DNA of 64,000 nt, taken from Octopus sinensis. Its lineage: Eukaryota. Location: NCBI RefSeq assembly GCF_006345805.1, contig NC_042998.1, positions 60,636,001 to 60,700,000 on the forward strand, given 5' to 3'. The stretch's first letter is position 1. Every line of letters begins with the position of its first letter. The translations under genes and the position numbers were made by a program. The notes beneath the pieces are model-generated. The model was not told where the DNA came from. It worked only from the letters and a program-made list of their open reading frames with translations, and ran no database searches. Of this stretch, positions 25,579 to 39,550 are shown one piece after another.

Positions 25579-27093
25579 ATGAGAGCAATATGCCTGCTAA
25601 CTCGCTGTCAGATACTTCTTTTTATTGGATTACTTGTGAACATTGTTATTTTGCTTTATCTTCTTAAAGTTCAAAATGATTTGCAATATGGACGACCACA
25701 AGTGCAATACAAAAATAAAGTTGAAAAAGTCCAATATGCTGAATTCACAGATTCAGTAACATTAATCATTCGAGAATTTGAGGATTTTGAAAATTATGTT
25801 GTAGCTACGTTGAAGGGAATCTTAGGAATTATACCTGACCTACAAGTCTTAGTTTTTACTGATCATCAACCATATCCACCTCTTTTACTAAATGAAGTCC
25901 CCAATGCTAGACTTGTAGTTTTGCATCCAAGTGCTGAACAGTCATGGTCTTCATCTCTCCCCCATACATATATTAAAACCCCTTTTTTGCTAATTATTCC
26001 AGATGCCGTCAAACTAGTCGATCCACATAGCTTGTTGTCTGCTTTTAATTATTTAAAGCAACATTCATACTTGTCTTCTGTTGCCTTGGTAACTGGCCGA
26101 GACCATTCTAGTTGTCTGAATCTCCATGTAGATTTGAGACGCTGGACACTAACATATGAAAACACTGGTTTATTCCAAGAATGTGATGCTGTGTCTGGAG
26201 AGCATGCAATATTAACACGTTCAGATAAATTCCTTGAGTTCCCATTCTCATTCCTACAACCTATGACAACAGGCTTTTATATCCAAGCTGCTTTAAGAGA
26301 TTGGAAAAGTATTATTTTCAAAGACTCTATATTTGTTGGCAACCCTAATTTATTTAGTGACCCTCACAAAAAATGGAAACACAAGAAACAGGTAGCTGTG
26401 CGTCTAAAAAATCTTTACAAACAACTTCGTATCAAGAAAGTAGTTCTTCCAGGAGATGGGCATGTAATGTGGTATGGTTGTACCAAAGAAACTACCCGAT
26501 GTTTTGGAACAGTAGTTAGCGATATGCCTGAATATATTTATGAAGGCAAATGGACACCTCCATGTTGTTTAGAAGCTGTTCGAACCACTTCAAGACATGT
26601 TTTTCAGATCCTGGAGGACTGTAAGGTACGTTACTGGCTAGAAGGAGGGAGTTTGTTAGGAGCAGCACGAAGTGGTGATATCATTCCATGGGATTATGAT
26701 GTTGACATTGGAATCTACAAAGAAGATATTGGCAAATGCCAACCACTTGTTGAATGTGAAAAAGAAAAGTTTGTTGACCCTGAAGGTTTTCTCTGGGAAA
26801 AAGCTACAGAAGGAGATTTTTTCAGAGTTCAGTACAGCAGCTCAAATCATATGCACGTTGATATTTTCCCATTTTATTCTAAAAATTCTACAATGACAAA
26901 GGATACCTGGATACCAGGACACAGACAAGATACAGAGTTTCCTGAAAAATATCTAAATCCTTTAACAAAGGTTCCATTTGCTGGTTCAATGGCATCTGCT
27001 CCAAATAATGTTAGGGAATTCTTAGAATTTAAATTTGGAGAAGGAGTAATTGAAAATCCACGGTATCCTAATTCAAACCGAGTCATTCGCTGA
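25579..27093 (+). CDS. FKRP: Fukutin-related protein (ribitol-5-phosphate transferase, LicD/fukutin nucleotidyltransferase fold), 504 aa, single coding exon
   Basis: First ATG at 25579; the ORF track starts at an upstream GTG. N-terminal MRAICLLTRCQ followed by a TM segment; C-terminal WYGCxKETTRCFGTV, TPPCCLEA, WLEGGSLLGAARSGDIIPWDYDVDIG (DxD motif) and NHMHVDIFPFY. Acceptor TTTTGCAG at 25518 is followed by an in-frame TGA, so upstream exons are non-coding. Confidence 0.96.
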   Translation: MRAICLLTRCQILLFIGLLVNIVILLYLLKVQNDLQYGRPQVQYKNKVEKVQYAEFTDSVTLIIREFEDFENYVVATLKGILGIIPDLQVLVFTDHQPYPPLLLNEVPNARLVVLHPSAEQSWSSSLPHTYIKTPFLLIIPDAVKLVDPHSLLSAFNYLKQHSYLSSVALVTGRDHSSCLNLHVDLRRWTLTYENTGLFQECDAVSGEHAILTRSDKFLEFPFSFLQPMTTGFYIQAALRDWKSIIFKDSIFVGNPNLFSDPHKKWKHKKQVAVRLKNLYKQLRIKKVVLPGDGHVMWYGCTKETTRCFGTVVSDMPEYIYEGKWTPPCCLEAVRTTSRHVFQILEDCKVRYWLEGGSLLGAARSGDIIPWDYDVDIGIYKEDIGKCQPLVECEKEKFVDPEGFLWEKATEGDFFRVQYSSSNHMHVDIFPFYSKNSTMTKDTWIPGHRQDTEFPEKYLNPLTKVPFAGSMASAPNNVREFLEFKFGEGVIENPRYPNSNRVIR

Positions 27094-28038
27094 ACAATTC
27101 ATTCACAAATTATAAAGAGAATAATCAAAATTTTATATAATAGTTGAGCTTGCTAGATATATCCTCACTAAATTGTAATAATTCAATCATTTAAAAGGTA
27201 TAAGTTAATTCTAATTTCTACATTCCACGTGTATGTATTTTTAAGTTTGCATGCTTTTTCAGCAAAATGACCAAAAGTCTACAATGCTCTTGGACTTATG
27301 AATGTATTCCTGAGTCTACATGCACATGTATGTGTCTCTTCCTCAGATCATATTGTTCTTGTTCAAACTGTTCACCAAACTGGCTAGGTAAAAAAAAAAA
27401 GAAGAGGAAGAAAAGATAACTTGGTTGTCATCTCATCTCCATAAATATTTGTTAAAATTACTTTTAAAAGTTGTGCATATTTCAAATCTCCCATGTAAAG
27501 TGAGTGTTAATAATTTCTTGTTAATGAAACTTTCTTTTTCTAAACATAAAATTAATTTAGTATACCTAGAAATTAATCAATTTAATTGAACAAGTTGCTG
27601 TACATAATTTCTCCTCAAGAGTACATTTTAAAAAATAGAAAGTTTTGTTTATGATGTATGTTATATGAGATGCAGGTTAATTATCTTCAGCATCCTATTT
27701 ATATGAGTTCAGTAATTTAAAAGTAAATAGTCAGGGATTTTTTATTGCTGTAGTTCAAACAAGTTGTGCATATTTACACTATTTTGCTGGTGGATTAACT
27801 TTGTAAATACTTTTCTAATCATATTTCCTTTAGCATTATTGCTGAATGGAGATTCCTTTCATCAAGTAAATTAATTGGTGGCAGATATATTTTCAGTAAT
27901 TAAGTTAAAGACATTTACAGGAATGAATTCTGTTTCCTTCTTTCTTTCCTTCATTTTTAAGAATTCATTAACAGTTCTCAGACAAATTCTTAAAAAGAAG
28001 GAAAGTGAATTGATCCTGAAAGAATCCTTTATTGGATA

Positions 28039-28044
28039 AATAAA
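28039..28044 (+). terminator. Candidate AATAAA polyadenylation signal for FKRP
   Basis: First AATAAA I could find after the FKRP stop, ~950 nt downstream. Confidence 0.35.
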
Positions 28045-28222
28045 AATATTCCACTGTGATTTATGTATTTAGTAATTTACCTTAAGTTGTGGTTCTTCCT
28101 GTTTTAAATGGTAACAACAACAACAGGTAAAGGAATATGCATAAAACTATAAATAATACAACAAAAGGAATATATATATGTGTGTGTGTGTATATATGTA
28201 TGTATATATATATGTGTGTGTA

Positions 28223-28268
<46 letters not shown>

Positions 28269-29826
28269 TCATAAACACCACTGTAAGAAGAAATTACACA
28301 TAAGTAACACCACTAACATTTTAAGCTCTCCACCAGATATATTTGAGTGTTCTTTTAATATTGTTTAATTTAGTCTTTCAGAAATAATGAGCTACCAGTT
28401 CCCTTAAGTCTATGGTATTCCTGAGAATGTACTTGATGGAAGTTTAATTGAAATATTTTATCAGCATTTTTAAATGCAAAATACGTTGCCATTTGTATTT
28501 TTCTGTATTTCCATCAGGGTTACTTCTCATCTATTTTTCTTACATCATGATGTTTTATAAAAATATACATTTTGGAAATGATCCTGCTAGAGATCAACTG
28601 ATGTTGTGAGCTATATTCTCTACATAAATTTTACTGAATCAAACATTTTTGTTTATTACACCTCAGTGGTTTTAAGGTACTTTTATCTCTCTCTCTCTCT
28701 CTCTTTAGTACCTTAATTCCTATCTCATGCTCCTGAATAACGACAACATATCTTTGACATATGATTTTTAAACAGAAATTGTTTTCAAAGATAGTTGTCT
28801 TCTTTTTTTGTGTTGATATTGTTATGCTGATGTCTTATCTTTGTATTAAATCATCCATAGTTGTTCATAGGAAGATATTTATTCATTTTTTTTTTGGTAG
28901 GTGGGAATCTACTTAGGTAAATGTTTTCATCAACTCACAGAATTTGACACTTTCAACGTATTTTTGAAAAATTTACTGCTGATTTGTGCGTTATAATACA
29001 TCTATGTTGTTTAAATGATATGTTTTATTTACCAGTTAGTCTGATTAAGTAGACTGATTCTTGTAGTCTTTATGTCTACCCTGATTAGGAGAAAATACAC
29101 ATGGCTGAGTAAGATTGATCTGGTTACTTAGGAGGAAAATATGATCAACAAGAGAGTTACAGGGGTGGATGGGTACACTTCTAGGGGTGAAAGGATTGTT
29201 TTAGTGCAAAGTGTGAAAATTAGGGAAAGAATAATAATGTAATATGAAAAGGTGAGAGAAATCTGTGTTTCAGAGAAGTGAATATATGATGTGTATGTTG
29301 CTAGGTGGGATCAGTGAGTAAGGATGTATAATTTTGTGATATCATACACAGTTCCTCAAATGTACTTGAGTTGGAACGTTACATACATTATATTATACAC
29401 ACACTTTATTTTAGATGGAATCTCATTGTTTACAGAATTATTGTATTTTCTGAATTTTGCTTTTCAGAAATGGAGAGTCTACTCACATGTTTGAGGGGCT
29501 TTTTGTTCATATTTAATTGTAATTTCAACTAGTCAATTCTTAAGTTTGAACATTTCTGACATGGATATAACTTGAAAAGAAGATGAAGTGTTCAAGTATT
29601 TTTTCTACAGCTATTGGAAATTACATTTCTCTCAATCAAAAAGTGTTGTATTTATTGGTGATATAACAATTATCTATGATTTATTTATTTTATTTATTTG
29701 AAAACCTTCTTTGGTTCTTCAAGAACTGATACTTGGAAATGTTGGAACAAAATTTGTTAAGTTCTTACAAAGCATATCAGTGTAATTTGTATATAAATCA
29801 GAATAAAAACATTAAATAAACATAAC

Positions 29827-29866
<40 letters not shown>

Positions 29867-30208
29867 AGCACAATATGTTTATTTCAGGAAAAATAAAAGT
29901 ATGTGATATGTTTTGATGTTCATGTGAAATTTCTTGTTGTATGTAATGTGATATCAATAGCTGTGAATATAGAACTATAGTTTGTGATAGCTTTACCTCT
30001 AGAATATAAAATTTTACAGAATGTGATATCATCAACTGCTTCAATTATACAGAACATCTTGTTGCAAGTGTCACACAACAATATAGCTGTTGCAGGCAAC
30101 ATTATATGAATAGTGAAAATAACTAAACTTAATGATATTACATTTCGATAATATTAAAAGTATCACAAAAGGCATTAATTTTTTTTTATGTAATGACATT
30201 GCTATTAA

Positions 30209-30429
30209 CCCTTTAGCATTCAAACCGGCCATATCCGGCCAAAAGTATTCTACCAGTTTTATGTTCAAACTGGCTAGATCTGGTCTCTCACACCAACCCC
30301 AAAATATCGTTTTAAAAATTAAAAGATACCTCATCAAAATCCCATAACTACAAGATAATGCATGATTAGTTCAATACAATGAGGATGTAAAACCATTAAT
30401 TTTGGCAGAATAATGCAAACACTAAAGGG
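30209..30429. mobile_element. piggyBac-type MITE (TTAA TSD)
   Basis: TTAA|CCCTTTAG...CTAAAGGG|TTAA. Confidence 0.85.
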
Positions 30430-30734
30430 TTAAACCCCTTATTCTATAGTTTGTGACATATTTAGATGTGTAATATAGAACATTTGGTTATGAAGTACAT
30501 TTCTAATTTGTCTAAATTTCTCTTCTTTTATGATATTAATGTTGCCAAATCTTACACTTGTTTTCAAGTATGACCATCGAATTATTGAAGAAAGTATTAA
30601 TCCTAAACTGCAAATATAAAAATGATGACTGTTTTGTCACATTTGTGTTGGTATTTTCTTTTGTATTTTTCATTGAATAAACATATAACACCTCATGTAT
30701 TATTTTATGTATGTATATTCTATATTATGGCATG

Positions 30735-31120
30735 GCAGTATGATTGAAAAGCTTGCTTACCAATCATGTGATCTTAGGTTCAGTCCCACTGCATGGCACC
30801 TTGGGAAAGTGTTTCCTACTGTAGCCCTGTATCAACCAAGGCTTTGTGACTGGATTTGAAAGAAGTCTATCATGTGTGTATATGTGTGTGAGCATGCTCC
30901 TTTGTCTTGAAATTATGTGATGGTTGAAAATGAGCATTGCTCTCATAGAAGCATTGTAGTTCATTTACAGTCTTCTGTGAAAAATATTCTCATCATAGGA
31001 ATTATTGCCTTGCTTGGAAACAGTTGACGTTTGGCTGTAGGAAGAGTATCCAACCATAGAAAATCTGCCTCAACAAATTTTGTCTGACACATGCAATTAT
31101 GGAAAAGTGAGACGTTAAAT
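30735..31120 (+). mobile_element. tRNA-derived SINE (type A head), diverged
   Basis: GGTTCAGTCCCACTGCATGGCACCTTGGG head. Confidence 0.7.
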
Positions 31121-32149
31121 GATGATCATAATGTTGAAAGAGCTTCAAAATGTATCACTAAACTACATGTTGGTGATACAAGCTATGACCACTGGCTCAA
31201 TAGCACATAGTTTCTTCTTTTGCTACCACAATGGCCTCTACTTTTCTGAACTGACTAGTTGCATATCCTCTTCACCCAGGCTTGGCTATCTCTCCTCTTG
31301 TCACTCTCTATATATCTTATCTCTTCAACTCTTCATTACAACTGCAATGCAATGCTCTGGTATTACCTCTCCATCTACGCTTTCCCTATGGGTGCTGATG
31401 TCTAGTGGTTGGCTATATTGCAAAGACATTGACTTAACCATCTCTGCTGTGCCTAGGTCATTTTCAGAAGCAAGACTCACCTTACCACTCATTGATTCAC
31501 CCTGAAGGAAGCACAATACATTTGCAGTATCCATGAAACCACAAGGGATGCTAGATATTGGTTAAGTATAACTGTACATATAACTTAAGGTCCCTCCCTC
31601 TGGATTTTCACTCTTAGCTTTTTTTAAATACTCAATAAATTACCCAACAAAGCAACAGAGGTTTATACTTATAGTGAGCATAGTTTATGCAAAATAGTCC
31701 TGCTCTCTCATCCGTCAAACTTGTATTGGCCTGGTGCAACAAGTGCTAAAAGCTAAGTGTATATCAGGACGCAGGATCTGTCTAGAGTTACCTTCTCTTA
31801 GATTAGCAGCAAAAGTGCTGAAGGACCTGATCTACCCAGGGCCTATTAGAGCGTCTGTAAGTGACCTTCCAGATGCAATTCCATGCCATGCTAATTAACC
31901 CATAGCTGGAACCCTGACAGATACCACTCCAGATTAGAGTAGACCTGGGATCAATAGTAACATACAAAGATAAATATTAACCGCATCTATCTTGCCAGTT
32001 TGGGAGAGGTTTTGGCCATTGCTTCTCTTCCACAGACTCTTAATCTTATTTTACCAATTTGCAAGATCATTTTCCCAATCAAACAAATTAATCCCACCTT
32101 CAAAACAAAGTAAATAAATCTGGTAAGTTTAAAGTTATTTCAATTTGTT

Positions 32150-32790
32150 AAGAAACCCAATATTTTCTTATTTTCTTAGAACAAAGTAACTAGCTGAAGG
32201 CTTGCAAAGACTATGAACACATGCCCTTCCTCCAGTACAAACCAGTAAGCTGCAGATCTGGGAAGAAGAATTGAGAAGCATGTTTAGTTTGGAGAGTTGG
32301 TGAAGTGATACAGTGGTGATTCTAAGTAGAGGAGAGATAGCTGCATTGAATAGGGTTAGATGAAGGTAGAATGCTGTAGTAAGGAATTCTAAGGAAAGCT
32401 GAGCAGTAGAAGATCTTCGAAGAAGAAGCCCTTCCTCCTTATGCAAGTGTTTTGGACCTTATCTCCTTACACTCTAAGGGGGCTGGGCTGGATCCAAGTT
32501 ATGACTTCTGGATACCCCTCTGTAGATTTAGATAGAAGTTGTTTGCAGCTAAGCTATTCAAGAGAATAAAAGTCATTTTAGTATCAGCAGAAGTGACTGA
32601 GAGAGAAAGAAAACAGGATGTGTGGGTGAGTGCTTGTAAGGTGTAGATGAACGAATATTTGCACACCACCAGATAACCATTTGTTTTTCTTTGCAGTATA
32701 AGTTTGTATTTATATAGCAGTACTGCTCCATATGTGTAAGTAATGCTCTAATTTAGATCACACATGAGCTTTATAACGATACAACAACTG
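32150..32790 (-). mobile_element. Decayed CR1/Jockey-like LINE RT C-terminus
   Basis: QLLYRYKAHV*SKLEH...IWSS resembles LYKAQVRPxLEYCSHIW; TKHASQFFFP...LYW resembles RTxxxxxSFFPRTxxLWN. Confidence 0.55.
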
Positions 32791-34327
32791 GTCAAGATTG
32801 AAGTATTTTATTTTCTGAAGAGGAAGCCTTGTGTTTAGAATGCAATATTGGCAATATTATACCTGTGTGTTTACCATAGATGGTGGTGGTGGTGGCAGTG
32901 GCTGCTGCTGCTGTTGTTTAGTCACAAATGAACTCTGATTAAGCAGAACTATAACAAAAAGTATTCCAGCCATCACTATCCTGTTATTTTAGGGGTCACT
33001 AGAACTATGTGGTTTAATGCGATTTTTCCTTCTTGAAGATGAATATGTGTGATTTCAGAAAGATTTAACTACTATTTTAGCAGGTTGACTGACCTTGTAG
33101 TGGCTTTTCAAATTACCAAAAGTAGTAGCTATCTATTGCTCATGAGCAGTGCATGTGTTGTGTGATTATTTCTTTGATAAGTGTAGTGGCTGTCCTTGGT
33201 GTAGTTGAAAGGCAGTAGGTTGCCATATCCTTATTGGTGGATGTTTTTTGAAAACACTGCAAGTCTGAAGTGAGCTGTGAAGATTATTTCTGTACAGAAG
33301 GTTAAGTAGGAATAAAGGATGATCTCTTGTGTATAAAGAGAATGTGTACTAAGAAGTGATAATGAGAAGATCATTAATTTATGGAAGGAAGATCACATGA
33401 AATATGAAAGTCATAGTTACAAATCTAATATAACCAAAATTCCATATATTAATTACACCATAGTTTTTTTTATTTGTAATAACAAGAGAATTACATAAGC
33501 AAACTATGGAATTTTATCGAACAAACATAGTATCAATATCAGGTCGACTTTGCCTTTCATCCTTTTGGTGTCAATAAATTAAGTACCAGTTGCGTACTGG
33601 GGTCAATCTAATCAACTGCCCCTTCCCCCAAAATTTCATGCCTTGTGCTTAGAGTAGAAAAAAATATTAGGAAACAGAAAGATAGTATGATCTTAAGTTA
33701 TGTTTATGTCAAAGACGAGTTTGCTTTCTTCCGTCTAAAGGTAATAAAATAAGTACCAGGATTGATATAATCACCTGTTCTCTCACCAGCTGTTGCTCTA
33801 AGCAGCTGACTCTATTCATTCTCCTTGTAGTGCATAGATTATGATGATAACAATTCCTTTTATTTACCACAGAGGCATCAGATAAGGAGGACATTACAAG
33901 GATAAATAATCATAATAACCCTTTCTACTATAGGCACAAGGCCTAAAATTTGGGGGTGGGGATAGTCGTTTACACCAACCCCAGTGCTCAGCTGGTACTT
34001 ATTTCATTGATCCCGAAGGGATGAAGGGTAAAGTCGACCCCAGTGGAATTTGAACTCAGAGCACGAAGACTGCTAAGCATTTCACATGGCATGATAACTA
34101 TTCTGTCAACTTGCCTCCTTTACTGCCTTAAACAATAACTAGCAGGACCTGTGGAAATTCAGCATATTAGAAGACTTTATGTTAATATATTAAACACAAG
34201 TGAAAAATTTCAAAAGAAAAAAGTTGAAATCCTGCCTTTTAATCAAAAACTGTACTTTTAAATGTAATTGAATGAATTTAGAAGATATTGCTTATTTACC
34301 TTCTTTTATGAGGTGCTTCTAACTTAA

Positions 34328-34537
34328 CCCTTTAGCATTCAGATTTCTTTGTCAAATGTATTCTCTATTTATTTCCTTTGTTTTGAATCAATCATACATT
34401 ATCTTCTAGCTTCATAATTTCAACTGTGGGTTTATATGTTTTTAGAATAACATTGTTGGGTAGGTGTGAAAGGCTGGATATGAACAATTTTAACACTGAA
34501 CAGGAGGAATAGTCTGGCTGGATTAAATGCTAAAGGG
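34328..34537. mobile_element. piggyBac-type MITE (TTAA TSD)
   Basis: TTAA|CCCTTTAGCATT...AATGCTAAAGGG|TTAA. Confidence 0.87.
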
Positions 34538-36168
34538 TTAAAGAAATAAATGATGAATTAAAATGGCAAAACTTATTCATATTTATTAAAAAAAAAATAT
34601 ACTTTTCACTGTCCAACTATGACCAAGCCTCAGTTCAAGTTATTTACCAATTGATATTAGTTTCATTTCATTTCAGTTTAGCTACCTATCCATATATCTA
34701 TTAATATATCTCTCTGTCTGCATATATATATTGATATATCAATAGACTCACCTATGTACCTACCTATCTTGCTAGCTAATTATATTTACTTTTCATTTTG
34801 CAATGTATGTATCTGTCTACTCTCACAATGCAGATAAGTGTCTAAACCTAATAATAAAAAGAATAATGATAGTGCCCCAGTATGGCCACAGCTTTTGGTC
34901 TGGAATGCACAAAAGATAATAGTGTAACATTCACAGCTATTTGCTTACTATTTATTTATTTCAGTTTAATATAACTGTCGATAGATCTCTTAATGCATGA
35001 TTTTTAGATCTTCATAATATTGTTACATTATGTTAAACATTTCAACTGTGCCTATGATTTGAACCTGACAAATGCAAAATAATATAGACCTCCTTCCTCT
35101 TTCTTTCTCTCTTTCCCTCTCATTGTTTTCTCTCCTTCCCCTTCTCTATATATTTCTTCATTCAAGTTATTACCTACTTAGGCGGAAGTGTAACACACCA
35201 ACAAAACAGCCAGACACAAATTAGCATAATAATAATAATAATAATAATAATTATAATGGTTGGTTTCCTTATTTAGGTACAAGGCAAGGAATTCTAAGGG
35301 AAGAATTAGTTTGTTACATCAATTCCAGTACTTGACTAGTATTATATCTTATCAACACCAAAAGAATGAAAGACAAAGTTGACCATGGTAGGATTTTAAC
35401 TCAGAACATAAAGAAATGGAGTGAATGCTGCAAGGCATTCAGTCCAATATATTAGCAATTCTACCAATCACTATTCTAATAATAATGTTTATTTCTACAA
35501 TAGGCACAAGGCCTGAAATTTTGGGGGATGTGACTTAGTTGATTACATTGACTAGTGTTCAATGGGTACTCATTTCATTGACCCCAAAAAGATGAAAGAC
35601 AAAGTCAACTTCGGCAGAATTTGGACTCAGAACATAAATACAGATGAAATGCCTTGAAACATTTTGGCTGGGAAACTTATGATTCTGCCAGCTTGCCACC
35701 TTCATATGTGTATTATTATATTATGAGTTTAGTACAGTTGTGTAATCAATATGATATGCCTGACATTGATAAATTTTATTTGCAACGTAATTGTTTCAAA
35801 GCCTGAAATTCAATGGGAAGGTGTAAATTGATGCCATTGACCCCGATTCTTGACAAGTACTATATTTTATTAACTCTAGAAGGTTGGAAAGCAAAGTTGG
35901 CCTTGATGAGAGTTAATTTCAGAATGTAAAAACCAGAATAAATTTTACAACATTGTTCATCTGATACTCAAGAAAACAATACTGAATAAACATAAGACTT
36001 CATATATTTTAAGGAAAAGAAACAAACATGATTATGTGATGGTCATGTGTTCTTCAATGACACTGACAACATAGAATGGAAATTGCTCTAACCAGGGTAT
36101 GAACTGAACTCAGTTTGCAGAAATAATGCCTCTCTTCATCAGCATTCACTGTATTTGTTATTAAGGAA

Positions 36169-36267
36169 CTAGGCGGATTCTCTGACAGAATTCAAAACCT
36201 TCTCCAGTTTGGTTATCTCTTGCTGCCTTCTTGTATTTTTATCTAATGCTGGCTGACCTTTTTTTTC
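36169..36267 (-). CDS. DNAI1: DNAI1 terminal coding exon (EKKGQPALDKNTRRQQEITKLEKVLNSVRESA*)
   Basis: TACTACAG acceptor, phase 0, TAG at 36171-36169; matches the DNAI1 C-terminus EKKGQ...EIAKLDKLLNLVRE. Confidence 0.88.
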   Translation of the reverse strand, partial: EKKGQPALDKNTRRQQEITKLEKVLNSVRESA

Positions 36268-37109
36268 CTGTAGTAAATAAAGTATAAATATTTATTTGTT
36301 GCATTTATTTAATTGTGAGTTGACTATGAAAAATAATATATAAATGTGACTGTGAGGATTGTATACATGTGACATGTACATGTATGTATGTATAAATTTA
36401 TGTGTATGAATGTATATACATCAATGAATAAATATATATATATAGTTATGTATATCTGTGTATATACATATGTATGCATAAATGTGTGTGTACATATATA
36501 TATATATAACTGCATATACATATATATAAATGTGTGTTTGTGAATAAATATGTGTATGCGTGAATGTACCAATGTACACACATTTTTATATATGTATATG
36601 CACATATATATGTATATATTACTACATATAAATGAATGTAAAATATATATACAAACACACACATACATATATTGTATAATACATGTATAGAAAAAAACCT
36701 CTAAAGGATATTTTATATACCTCAAGAAAAATAAACAGTAGAAATTCAAAGTAAAACAAACATGTCATACAGATTATATTTTTTCTCATATGCAGTTCTG
36801 CAGAACTGATGTGTTACCAATTACATTAGAAATGAATTTCATTTTCAATACCTTCTTATTAACAACAGTAGTATGGTGGTTATGAAATAGTTAATAGAAT
36901 ATTGATTAATATTTAGTAGATACTTGCTACTGATGATGCACAAAGATACAGAAATCCTGATTTAGCAACTCCACCACCACCGCTGGATGCTTTTTGTCTG
37001 CTCTGATACACTTCTGTACTTTTCAGTACTATACATCTATACAAGAAGCTTTCTCAAGACAAATATTGCAATTCTTTGGTGTTCAATTGTACATCCATGT
37101 TTCTTATTT

Positions 37110-37325
37110 CTTTATTGCCCACAAGGGGCTAAACATAGAGGGGACAGACAAAGGGATTAAGTCGATTACATCGACTCCAGTTCGTAACTGGTAATTATTT
37201 GATCGACCCCAAAAGGATGAAAGGCAAAGTCGATCTTGATGAAATTTGAACTTGGAACATAGTGGCAGACGAAATACCGCTAAGCATTTTGCCCAGCATG
37301 CTAACGTTTCTGCCAGCTCACCGCC
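37110..37325 (-). mobile_element. SINE type B (GGCGGCGAGCTGGCAG...GTCGACTTTGCCTTTCATCCTTTCGGGGTCGAT...)
   Basis: Near full-length. Many fragments elsewhere: ~11040-11200, 19330-19500, 20045-20200, 21500-21610, 33540-33660, 33920-34120, 35280-35700, 38720-39065, 47200-47310. Confidence 0.8.
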
Positions 37326-38197
37326 TCATTTACAATAGTACATCTATGTTTCTGTAAAGCAAGAATTTGAACTGTGGGACATACAAAATGCCTGTAACAG
37401 ATTTGAAACCCACACATATGAGCTTGTAGCTGAGCACCTTATCCACTCAGCCATATTTGGTTGATAGGTGTAACAGACCATTCAGTTTAAAACCATTACC
37501 TACTCTTTGAGTGTCTATAGTGCAACTCATTGTGATGCTAACATCTGGGACCAGAAGGTCATTGCTTTCCTCCATATTTTAGTTTTTCCTGCAAATATTG
37601 ATCTCCTGATGATCAAACAGAAAATCAACCACATTGACCTCACCAGTCATGTAAGGCCTACAAAAGGTAATGAATGCTGGTCCTCTTTCTCTTGGTAAGT
37701 TATCAAAAAACAAAGATGTAAGATATTGGAAATAAATGAATAAATATACAATGAAGTTTCATAAATACTGAAGCCATGCAAAATACATGCTAAAAATGTA
37801 GAAGCAAATTTTAATTTAAAATATACATTTATTTAAATGCATAAAATAAATAAGGCATATTTCTTTTCTTTTCAGTAAATAAAACAAAATAAAATATATA
37901 TCAGTGCATTTCTAAACATGCTGCACATGAAGACGTAAACTCTAAATAAAGCAGTGTTTTTCAACATTCTTTTAATAATGATTCACTCAAATCATATACT
38001 GTATTTGATAGCATATAACACATGATTTCTTCCCCCAAAGTGCCTCAAAAAATCACCCTAGGTTTCATATGCATAGTTGAGTTTCTTGTATGTTAATTTT
38101 ATCCCTAACACTCACTACTACAGGTTAATTTTAATCCACATGATTTTTTTCTATCTAGCCTGACTCCATATCAACATTTACTTAAACATTATTATTA

Positions 38198-38243
<46 letters not shown>

Positions 38244-39550
38244 TATTAATATTTTGTACTATTAGAATGCTTTAAATATTGCATACTTTAATACGCTAAA
38301 AAATTCTTTTCTTGAATATGAACTGCTGAAACTGGGATGTGTCTAATATGTCATCAAATACAGTAAATTAATTTGTTCATACAACAAACCACTTCATGTC
38401 TGTGTATGTAGAATGACTCCTCAATAGTAGAGTATGAATCATACATAGTTGTTCAACCAACTACTGATGCTGTTCAATCATAGCTGACCCTGGTCTAAAC
38501 GACAACACAGAAATTTCTGGCTACCCTCTGATTAAATTTTATGAAGAACTTATTAAAATGTGTCTTCATCTTAATGTTATTTAAAACTGAGAAACTGAAA
38601 TTGATGAACAGGAGATATTGTCAAGTTCAAAAGCAACAAATCAATTTTGAAATGGACTTAAAACATATTAATTTCTAAATATTGATTAGTACATGGCAAA
38701 ATATTTTACATGAAGAGACAGTCGATTAAATTAACACATCCAGTGTGTTATTGGTACTTATTTTATCAACCCCAGGAAGAAAAAGGCAAAGTTGACCACA
38801 GTAGGATTTTAACTAACAACCTAAAGGGATGTAACTAAATATTGCAAAGTAATTTAATGTAAGGGTGGCAAATTAGTAGAGTCAATAAAGTATTGGATAG
38901 AATGCCTTGTGGTATGTCTTTCAACTCCGTGCACACTGAGTTCAAATCCTGCCAAATTCAGCTTTACTTATCATCCTTTCGGTGTCAATAAGAAAAGCAC
39001 TCATCCCAGACAGTAGAGCCCCAGCATGGCTGCAGTCCAATGATTGAAATCAGTAAAAGATTAAAAGATAGACATTTTGTTAGTTACTCTACCTGTTCTG
39101 TCAGTCCACAGCCTCAACCATTCCACTGGAATTAGTCACAAGTGAACTTTGATTGAGCAGAACTATAACAAATATTAACTTTTCACATTGGTATAAGGCA
39201 ATAAATTTGTAGGATAGGGCCTCTAGTTAGTTGAATCAACTCTGCTTCAGATATACAGTACTTTCTTGACTCACAGAGGAACAAAATGCAAGGTCATCTC
39301 TATCAGGATTTGAACTCAGAATGTAAAAGTTAAAAGCTAAAATACTGAAAAGCATCTTGACCAGCTTTCAATCTGTTGTCTTCAGACTTGATAAATTGAA
39401 AATATATTTCTAATTTACTGAAGTGGTTATATTATAAATGAATTGATATTTATGTGTTGATGCCATTTATTCATCAAATATTACAAAATATTAATTTCTA
39501 ATATGTTAATATTTTTTTTCTGAGTTATTGATCTCAGCTTTAGAGATTAT

